From a virus: 64,000 nucleotides of DNA. This document shows positions 39,413 through 46,184 of the stretch, piece after piece. The notes under the pieces were generated by a model, which saw only the letters and a program-made list of their open reading frames with translations, made no database searches and was not told the DNA's origin. The number at the start of each line of letters is the position of its first letter. Position 1 is the stretch's first letter. The translations under genes were made by a program, and so were the position numbers. Location: IMG/VR virus record IMGVR_UViG_3300047666_001259, positions 41,909 to 105,908 of that record; one strand, given 5' to 3'.

Positions 39413-39481
39413 CCAACTTGTGAGCGTGGGCTTTTTCTTATTAGCAGAATGTTTGATTTGAAACTGAATTTAGCCCATGAC

Positions 39482-39575
39482 TTACAACGTTTAGGCTAAG
39501 GTTAGTAGCCTTTAATACTAACCATTAAATTATAACAAGACCTATTGAGGCTATTAATTTTAGCCATTGTTAGGC
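39482..39575 (+). repeat. attC-like site B (94 bp)
   Basis: TTACAAC; 17-bp stem 39494-510 / 39549-565 (3 G-T pairs); GTTAGGC. Confidence 0.85.
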
Positions 39576-39585
39576 ATAGTTTATT

Positions 39586-39789
39586 ATGGAAGCAAGAGAA
39601 TTTTACGACAAAAGAATTAACGAAGAACCGACTATTGGAAGCGTACAGTTAATGGAAGAATATGCAAAACATATTATTGAAATTAACTTTTGTGATGGCT
39701 CTCCTATTGAATTTAACAAACTATCGGTTGAGCAACTAAAAACAATTCACAAAAATATAAATAAGTGTGTCGATTGGGTTAACTCCTAA
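39586..39789 (+). CDS. Cassette ORF, hypothetical
   Basis: Between GTTAGGCATAGTT and AATTGTGCCTAAC; LMEEYAK motif. Confidence 0.6.
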   Translation: MEAREFYDKRINEEPTIGSVQLMEEYAKHIIEINFCDGSPIEFNKLSVEQLKTIHKNINKCVDWVNS

Positions 39790-39793
39790 TTGT

Positions 39794-39924
39794 GCCTAAC
39801 GGAATTGTATAAGGTTTCGTTACGTAGATTAAATAATAAATTAACAAATAAAAACTGAATTGTGATTAAGCAAGAAAATAATAAACAAACAGAAATTAGT
39901 AATGAACTTTATACGGTGTTATGC
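39794..39924 (+). repeat. attC-like site C (131 bp)
   Basis: GCCTAAC; arms 39807-23 / 39899-914 with one bulged T; GTTATGC. Confidence 0.85.
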
Positions 39925-40200
39925 CCCGTTAATTTGTTTAGGTACTTCCTTCGCAAGCAATACAAAGACGTTGAAATTAGTAACGAAGAATGCGATGAAT
40001 TAAACACAGACTTTCACAAACACTTAACAAGCCTAAAGTTAAGCGAAAAGCAAAAGGAAAACATAATGCCTAAAAGTGAAATAGATGTAATAATGAACTC
40101 TGAACACCCATTAAGAATGGATGGATTTAGCCCTGCTTATGTTTTTCATTTTGGTGAATATATAAAAAGTAGAGCAGTCGCATTGGCTAATGGGGCATAG
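39862..40200 (+). CDS. Cassette ORF starting inside the site C loop
   Basis: GTG start in the loop; reads through GTTATGC (ELYTVLCPV); TAG stop lies in the next site's left box. Confidence 0.6.
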   Translation: MIKQENNKQTEISNELYTVLCPVNLFRYFLRKQYKDVEISNEECDELNTDFHKHLTSLKLSEKQKENIMPKSEIDVIMNSEHPLRMDGFSPAYVFHFGEYIKSRAVALANGA

Positions 40201-40205
40201 CTGTT

Positions 40206-40394
40206 GTTATCGGCAGTTTAATTGAAAAATATCAAAAAGTTCGCAATAAAAATCAGGAGCAATTTATGACTCAATTTGGAAATGAATATTCTATATCAAA
40301 CGCACTTTTATTGGAAGAAAGAGATTGTTGCGACAGATTTATAGAAGATTTGAAAAAACTGCCGATAACGGCTGATGATAAACAATCGTTTTAA
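40206..40394 (+). pseudogene. Headless cassette ORF (62 codons) after a collapsed site
   Basis: VIGSLIEKYQKVRN...LKKLPITADDKQSF* open from the GTT; upstream hairpin reduced to GCATAGC-tgtt-GTTATCG. Confidence 0.5.
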
Positions 40395-40416
40395 TGTTGT
40401 TTATCATTTGTTATGT
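40363..40416 (+). repeat. attC-like site E (54 bp, minimal)
   Basis: CGATAAC-ggctg-ATGATAAACAA-tcgttttaatg-TTGTTTATCAT-tt-GTTATGT. Confidence 0.85.
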
Positions 40417-40525
40417 GTAGGTGTGGTTAATTAAGGTAGAATGTTTAATCGGAGAACTGAACAAAAATTTTAAAAGAAAAAGAAGGGTTGATTTTAAAAT
40501 TTGAATATTTATATATAAACATATT

Positions 40526-41044
40526 ATGAGTGAAGATATGAGAAAAATGATTGATAAAGCTAAGAACTTTAATCAGTTTTTAAATGAAAACGAAAATTTA
40601 ATGAACCAAATATTAGATAAAATTAGTTCTAATGGTATAACATCATTAAATACTGGTGAATTAAAATATTTGAAACAATATTCTTCTGGACAAATAAATC
40701 CAGATTTAGAAAAAGCACTTCAAGTTGAAAGTGGTTTTGTTTTTGTTTCAAAAAATATACCACTGTTAAGATTTGAATATAATTTCACCGAAGAATCAGA
40801 TGAAGAATATCAAAAAATGCTACACAAAGGAACCGTTTATATTGACGGATTAGAATTTGATGGAGATATTTATTGTGATGAAAATGGAAAATATGAAGCA
40901 TTCGATTTTCACACATATCAATCCAATGATGATGGCACAACTGACCAAATAGAAGATTTAGCTTACTATGATGATGAGTTAGATGGTAAGATAGAAAAAT
41001 TCTTTAAAAATGAAGTTTCTCCTTACTTAACCTATTCATTTTAA
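40526..41044 (+). CDS. Cassette-borne late-type protein
   Basis: Own TATTTAT at 40506; N-terminus ...NFNQFLNENE; ILDKISSNGITSLN.GE..YL. Confidence 0.65.
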   Translation: MSEDMRKMIDKAKNFNQFLNENENLMNQILDKISSNGITSLNTGELKYLKQYSSGQINPDLEKALQVESGFVFVSKNIPLLRFEYNFTEESDEEYQKMLHKGTVYIDGLEFDGDIYCDENGKYEAFDFHTYQSNDDGTTDQIEDLAYYDDELDGKIEKFFKNEVSPYLTYSF

Positions 41045-41093
41045 AAAGTTGGCGGGATTTTTCTTTTAAAATTTTCAACCGAAATGTTGATTA

Positions 41094-41133
41094 GAACGAT
41101 AAACGGAACGATAAACGGAACGATAAACGGAAC
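41094..41133 (+). repeat. 12-bp tandem repeat (GAACGATAAACG x3.3)
   Basis: Directly visible. Confidence 0.9.
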
Positions 41134-41139
41134 ACTTAC

Positions 41140-41236
41140 ACATAACGTTAAGTATATGGTTTTGTAAGCCATAGCAGAAATTTACAAATTAAAAACGAAT
41201 ATTAATTAGGCTTATAAACTATATACATTGTTGTGT
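41140..41236 (+). repeat. attC-like site F (97 bp)
   Basis: ACATAAC; arms 41152-70 / 41209-26 with one bulged T; GTTGTGT. Confidence 0.85.
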
Positions 41237-41270
41237 GTAATACGGGATTTAAGCCACAAACTTTATAAAA

Positions 41271-41453
41271 ATGCAAAGAAAGATAAATTGCAAACACAAC
41301 AACATGGGTGCTTGGTGTACCAACAAGGATATAAAACGCTCATTGTTTGGTATAGGTGCAAGATGTTGTACTGAATTTAATGACAAAAAATGTGATTTAA
41401 AAGAAATTAGAACAAGGAAAGGCAAGCCGCCACCAAGACCAACGAAAGCGTAG
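41271..41453 (+). CDS. Cassette ORF, small Cys-rich protein
   Basis: Between GTTGTGTGTAATAC and GTATTACACACAAT. Confidence 0.6.
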   Translation: MQRKINCKHNNMGAWCTNKDIKRSLFGIGARCCTEFNDKKCDLKEIRTRKGKPPPRPTKA

Positions 41454-41459
41454 TATTAC

Positions 41460-41684
41460 ACACAATGTTATGGATATGGATTGATTTTTAACGGATAAAT
41501 AAACACAGAATTATGAATATAGACGAAGAAAATAAAGCAAAAGAATTTTACATTAAGAGTGCTATAAATGGCATTCATACACCACGAACTAATATGGTTG
41601 AGATAAACTATTTAGATATGCTAAAGCTAATGCACTCTTACAGCCAAGAGGTAGTTAAAAATTTATCTATATCTGGTGTTAAGA
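41460..41684 (+). repeat. attC-like site G (225 bp)
   Basis: ACACAAT; arms 41473-92 / 41654-73; GTTAAGA. Confidence 0.8.
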
Positions 41685-41851
41685 ACTGGGTGGCGGTTAA
41701 AGACTCTATGCCCGAAAATTGCGACCAAGTTTTTGTAAAGTATGAAAATGGCAAATATGGAATAAATGAATGGTGGAAAAGTGATGATTGCTGGAAATAC
41801 CAATTTGATAATATGATAGTAAAAGAATGGTGTAAGCCACCTTGTTCTTAA
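41513..41851 (+). CDS. Cassette ORF with a C-terminal DUF551-like domain, starting inside the site G loop
   Basis: WVAVKDSMPE...V...W...P.PP; stop is the TAA of TCTTAAC. Confidence 0.65.
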   Translation: MNIDEENKAKEFYIKSAINGIHTPRTNMVEINYLDMLKLMHSYSQEVVKNLSISGVKNWVAVKDSMPENCDQVFVKYENGKYGINEWWKSDDCWKYQFDNMIVKEWCKPPCS

Positions 41852-41915
41852 CGTCTCGTATATGGTGTCGGAATTTTATTTTTCTTAAAATTATGCATTA
41901 TATACTTTGTTACCA
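41846..41915 (+). repeat. attC-like site H (70 bp)
   Basis: TCTTAAC-gtctc-GTATATGGTG...CATTATATAC-ttt-GTTACCA. Confidence 0.8.
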
Positions 41916-41945
41916 ATAGTACGGATTTTAATAACTAAATTTAAT

Positions 41946-42227
41946 ATGAAAACAATAACTTCAATTATAGCACTAGCTAAGGCATTTTTTATATTGCTTG
42001 TTAGGCGTAGTGCTTCTTTACCGCAAGTCTTAATGACTAAAAATGATTTTGAATTAGTTTTAAACCACTATCTACTAAATTATTGGGATATAAAACATGA
42101 AAATATTGATGGATTTGAACATTTAACAATTCAAAATCATTTACCATTTTATAAAAAAAGGTTTGAAGAAATGAAAAAAGTAATTGATGAACGCAAGATT
42201 ATTCGTGTGATGGTGCATTACACCTAA
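41946..42227 (+). CDS. Cassette ORF reading through the half site at 42000
   Basis: ATG 41946; ILLVRRSAS spans GTTAGGC; stop is the TAA of ACCTAAC. Confidence 0.55.
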   Translation: MKTITSIIALAKAFFILLVRRSASLPQVLMTKNDFELVLNHYLLNYWDIKHENIDGFEHLTIQNHLPFYKKRFEEMKKVIDERKIIRVMVHYT

Positions 42228-42273
42228 CACTGGAATAGATTGCGTTTCAATGCAACTCTATGGAATGTTAAAG
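42222..42273 (+). repeat. attC-like site J (52 bp)
   Basis: ACCTAAC; ATAGATTGC-gtttcaat-GCAACTCTAT; GTTAAAG. Confidence 0.75.
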
Positions 42274-42307
42274 CACGTTTTAATGTGCTAAATTTTAAAT
42301 TCATAAA

Positions 42308-42592
42308 ATGAAAGATTTGAAACCAAATTTTAAATCAGTTAGAGAACTCTGTGAAGAGTTCGGAGTTCAGGTAGAGCTTTCTTTCGGGAAGAAATTTAGA
42401 GCTATCGTGAGCAATGATGAAGAAATTCATGTGTTACAAAACGGATGGGATAAAAATCTAATTGAAGAAATCTCAGCCTTATCTGCTGAGATGTGGAAAA
42501 GAGAAGAAAAAAGATATAAGGAGATTTCTGATAGGCTTAAAAACTTAGACCCTGAAATCTTTCCAGACAACTTATTTGAAGATAAAGAATAA
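42308..42592 (+). CDS. Hypothetical protein
   Basis: ORF track. Confidence 0.55.
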   Translation: MKDLKPNFKSVRELCEEFGVQVELSFGKKFRAIVSNDEEIHVLQNGWDKNLIEEISALSAEMWKREEKRYKEISDRLKNLDPEIFPDNLFEDKE

Positions 42593-42792
42593 TGGTAAGA
42601 AGGAGCGATATTTGGTTTTTTGGAGTAATTGCATTTGCGATGTTCCTAATAATATATGATGTAGTTACGCAGACATTTCAACCTTGGCATAACTACTGGA
42701 TGATTCTCCTGATACCTTATGTTCCTATTAAGATTTTTTATTCAAAATCAAAGCTGTTCAGATGGCTTAATACAGATATATGGAAAAGTTAA
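42592..42792 (+). CDS. Small 2-TM membrane protein
   Basis: Two hydrophobic segments. Confidence 0.55.
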   Translation: MVRRSDIWFFGVIAFAMFLIIYDVVTQTFQPWHNYWMILLIPYVPIKIFYSKSKLFRWLNTDIWKS

Positions 42793-43244
42793 AAGCAGCA
42801 ATCGAACTTAAGAGTAAGTATAACCAAATGGAGCTTGAAGAAGTGGCTGAAGAGTTCTCTAGATTCTCTGGTCAAAAAATTCCTCAGAAAGCTATTGAGG
42901 ATTTTAGATTTGTTGGTCTAAACAATGTAGACTTTTTAACATCTGATTGGCTAAACCGATACAGCTTGAAAAATCTTTTTCAATACGAGGTTAAGAAAGA
43001 AAAGAATAAAATACCAAACCCAGAAGATGGTGAATTCCTAATCATGAGAATCATGCACACTTCTGATAAACAATTCCAAAAAGGAATGAATGTTTATGTG
43101 CTAAATAACGAAACTGAAGGAAACTGGGTTTCCCGACATTGTGATACAGGTTATTTAACAATTCCAAAAAAGTTTAGGCATATGGAGGTTAAAGTCTTTG
43201 AATATAACGATGACAATTGGTATTTAACAGGACTTAAATCTTGA
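42780..43244 (+). CDS. Hypothetical protein
   Basis: ORF track. Confidence 0.5.
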   Translation: MEKLKAAIELKSKYNQMELEEVAEEFSRFSGQKIPQKAIEDFRFVGLNNVDFLTSDWLNRYSLKNLFQYEVKKEKNKIPNPEDGEFLIMRIMHTSDKQFQKGMNVYVLNNETEGNWVSRHCDTGYLTIPKKFRHMEVKVFEYNDDNWYLTGLKS

Positions 43245-43282
43245 GTTTCTCATTTGTTTTTATTAATTTAAAAATAAAACAA

Positions 43283-43672
43283 ATGGAAAACTCAGAATTT
43301 TCACTTTCAGGAGGCAATGATACAATCGGATTAGATTCAATCGGAACTGGTGATGGTGTTATAACAATCACAAACGGAACCACAACAAGTTGGGTTCAAC
43401 TTGAGCCTCAGCCTCAGTATGTTGATCAAGAGATATTGGAATATAATGTTTCGGAAAACAGAAAAAATATAGAAATTATTGTCAAGCAAAAACAGGCTTG
43501 GGGACAGACCTACATAGGAACTACTCCAAACTTTTCTGTTGATGAAAGAATTTTAAAAAGAATCTATAAAGTTAGAAATGGGAAGTTGAAGCTATTTAAA
43601 GAAGAAGTAGGAGAGGTTATACCTCCTCAACACATTCCAGAAAGTTATAGGTTCAATGAAGAGAAGAAGTGA
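43283..43672 (+). CDS. Hypothetical protein
   Basis: ATG MENSEF after an A-rich leader. Confidence 0.5.
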   Translation: MENSEFSLSGGNDTIGLDSIGTGDGVITITNGTTTSWVQLEPQPQYVDQEILEYNVSENRKNIEIIVKQKQAWGQTYIGTTPNFSVDERILKRIYKVRNGKLKLFKEEVGEVIPPQHIPESYRFNEEKK

Positions 43673-44090
43673 TAAGTCAGTGTTAACGAAAGCCTTCGCA
43701 ATAGCGAAAAGAAATGGCTTTGATGTAAATCCTGCCATATTCACTGACGCTAGAACTGACAGTTGGTTGATTTCAGACCAAAAAAATTACTACAACCTTA
43801 TTTTTGATCACAGATTTGCTAGAGCTTTGTTCGGCAAAGAATTAGTGACGATTGATCCTTACGGTGAAGAATTTGAAGAAGATGAAAAAGAATTCTATCA
43901 AATAGATTTAGTCAAGACAGTAACAGCAGGGAATTTCCCGCTAGCTGGACTAGTTTATATCGAGGATGGTGTCGAAATCCCTCATTGGCAATATCACTTA
44001 AGTCACATGGCTCTATCTGAAGACCCAGTGGATTACTTAAGGATTTACCTGAAAGACTTCGACAGACTCACCAAGAAAATTGAGAAGTAA
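43656..44090 (+). CDS. Conserved phage hypothetical protein
   Basis: LIFDHRFARALFG...WQYHLSHMALSEDPVDYL. Confidence 0.6.
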   Translation: MKRRSDKSVLTKAFAIAKRNGFDVNPAIFTDARTDSWLISDQKNYYNLIFDHRFARALFGKELVTIDPYGEEFEEDEKEFYQIDLVKTVTAGNFPLAGLVYIEDGVEIPHWQYHLSHMALSEDPVDYLRIYLKDFDRLTKKIEK

Positions 44091-44092
44091 TA

Positions 44093-44992
44093 TTAACTCA
44101 TTGTAATAGGGGCGATATTTTTGTTAAATTTGTCCCAAAGCTTCTCAATCAACTCACTTTTTGTAACCTCAGTGTTTCCTTTTTTCTTAAGAGTAATCAC
44201 CTCACAACCAGTTAACCCGTATCTGTTTCCGCTTTTGTAAGGATTTTTTCCTACACTCAAATTGTAATCAAAATAAAACAAATCTTCCCCCTCATCGTCA
44301 AGGTTTTTTTCCACTCTATCTGATATATCATAGCATATCACTTCTGGAACAAAGTAATTCCCTTTTCCATCAGTTACGAATTCATTGTGAGGAATAGATT
44401 CAATTTCTTTAATGTATTCAGTGAAGACTTCTTTGGCTGACTTAAATTTATAGTCCTCATCTTCTATAAAATCAACATTGTAATCTCTGGACTCTATATT
44501 TCCTTCTTCGTTGAATTCTATAAAACAACATCCGTATCCAATTGTTGTTTCAAATTCAAAACGGTCACAACCATCGTAAGAGCTATATCTTTCAGACAAG
44601 TAATGAATGTTATCCAATCTACCCTCTTGATTTTCTCCAAGCCTTCTTATCTTTCTTACAAACTCACCCTGCTTGCTAGGGATTCCTTCTGAGTGAAACC
44701 TATTGAAGTATTGACAAACATCAAACTTCTTGTTGATCAAATAGATTTTTGTCTTTTGCTTTAACTCTTCAATTTCTTCTTTCGGAATAACCACTGAATT
44801 ACCATCAGGGTCTTGACATAAAACTTCTTTACCACTCAAGTCCTGAATGACTTTCAAATTGATGTGATGCCTATAATTAAATGTTTCTGGAGTCTCAATA
44901 GCCTTAATTTGCTCCACTAATGCTGGGTCGAGATTTTTGTAAACACTATGAGCGTCTGAATCTTCTTTTATCTTTTCTAATAGTTCTATCAT
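44093..44992 (-). CDS. Hypothetical protein
   Basis: ATG 44992 just after TATATTTG on the minus strand. Confidence 0.55.
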   Translation of the reverse strand: MIELLEKIKEDSDAHSVYKNLDPALVEQIKAIETPETFNYRHHINLKVIQDLSGKEVLCQDPDGNSVVIPKEEIEELKQKTKIYLINKKFDVCQYFNRFHSEGIPSKQGEFVRKIRRLGENQEGRLDNIHYLSERYSSYDGCDRFEFETTIGYGCCFIEFNEEGNIESRDYNVDFIEDEDYKFKSAKEVFTEYIKEIESIPHNEFVTDGKGNYFVPEVICYDISDRVEKNLDDEGEDLFYFDYNLSVGKNPYKSGNRYGLTGCEVITLKKKGNTEVTKSELIEKLWDKFNKNIAPITMS

Positions 44993-45029
44993 GCAACAAA
45001 TATACAAAATTTACGTTAAGTATAGTATT

Positions 45030-46184
45030 ATGTGGAAATGTTTTGGTTATACGGAAAAAGTAGAAGATTTAGACTGGCAAGCAATTACCAATAAGTTTGA
45101 ATGGATTAGGGATATGATAGGTGTCCCTCAAGACCCCGTGTTCCATGCTGAAGGTGACGTTTGGACGCACACACGCATGGTTACGGAAGAAGTTATATCT
45201 CATCCAGACTTTCTAAAATTAGACTTACAAACCAGACACATCATGTTTACATCTGCTTTGTTGCATGATGTCGAAAAGAGATCAACCACTCAGGAAGAGT
45301 TTAACGAAGAGTTAGGTAGAATCCAGATCGTTGCACCATCTCATGCTAAAAAAGGTGAATACACCGCCCGTCAAGTTCTCTACCGTGATCTTGACTGCCC
45401 TTTTGATGTCAGGGAAAAGATTTGCAGAATCGTAAGATATCATGGACTCCCTATTTTCGCAATAGAAAAAGATAATCCACAAAAATCTGTTATTCAAACT
45501 TCCCTCTACGGAATAAATCACTTATTGCGTATTTTTTCTGAATGTGATATGAGAGGAAGGGTGTGCGGTGATTTTGAGTCTCAAATGTATCGCATTGAAT
45601 TGTTCGAAGAGCTTTGTAAAGAGAACAACTGTTTTGATAAACCTTATGAGTTTGAGTCAGACTTATCTAGATTTATCTTCTTCAAAAAGAGCCAATCCTC
45701 TCCAGATTATGTTCCTTTCAATAACATTGAAATGACAGTTCACTTGATGTGTGGAATACCTGCTTCGGGGAAAGACCACTTTATCAAGAATAACCTGCCT
45801 GATCTCCCAATGATATCGCTAGATGATATCCGAGAGGAGCTTGGATTTAAAGCTGGAACAGGAACTGGTCAAGCTATTCAGGAGGCTAAAGAACGTGCGA
45901 AGCAATACTTGAGAGTTGGTCAAGATTTTGTTTGGAACGGAACAAACATCACAAGAGAAACTAGAATGCAGTTGATTGATTTGTTTACTTCATATAAAAT
46001 ACACCCCGCCAGAGTGGTGATTCAGTATGTGGAAACTGCATCAAATCAGCAGGTTGTGCAAAATAAAGACAGAAAAGCTGTTGTTCCCTCGAAAATTATT
46101 GCTAAATTTGTAAGAAATCTTGAAGTGCCTGATTTGTCAGAAGCACATCAGCTCAATTACAATTTAAACTATGGCAGTAACTAA
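45030..46184 (+). CDS. HD-domain phosphohydrolase fused to a P-loop (polynucleotide kinase-like) domain
   Basis: PQDPVFHAEGDVWTHT, LLHDVEK, H..KG, YHG, CD..GR; MCGIPASGKD, SLDDIR, VWNGTN. Confidence 0.85.
   Translation: MWKCFGYTEKVEDLDWQAITNKFEWIRDMIGVPQDPVFHAEGDVWTHTRMVTEEVISHPDFLKLDLQTRHIMFTSALLHDVEKRSTTQEEFNEELGRIQIVAPSHAKKGEYTARQVLYRDLDCPFDVREKICRIVRYHGLPIFAIEKDNPQKSVIQTSLYGINHLLRIFSECDMRGRVCGDFESQMYRIELFEELCKENNCFDKPYEFESDLSRFIFFKKSQSSPDYVPFNNIEMTVHLMCGIPASGKDHFIKNNLPDLPMISLDDIREELGFKAGTGTGQAIQEAKERAKQYLRVGQDFVWNGTNITRETRMQLIDLFTSYKIHPARVVIQYVETASNQQVVQNKDRKAVVPSKIIAKFVRNLEVPDLSEAHQLNYNLNYGSN

Larger units (their letters stand above)
38296..42290 (+). mobile_element. Integron-like gene-cassette array (attC-like sites, no integrase in window)
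   Basis: Seven well-formed AAC/AAT-hairpin-GTT sites plus several collapsed or half sites; each unit's start is complementary to its own end. Confidence 0.85.

Noticed and set aside
38296-42290. CRISPR array, or simple terminators, as an explanation for the repeats
   Set aside because: There are no identical direct repeats or constant-length spacers. The hairpins lack U-tracts, differ in sequence and share only AAC/GTT ends with cross-unit complementarity.
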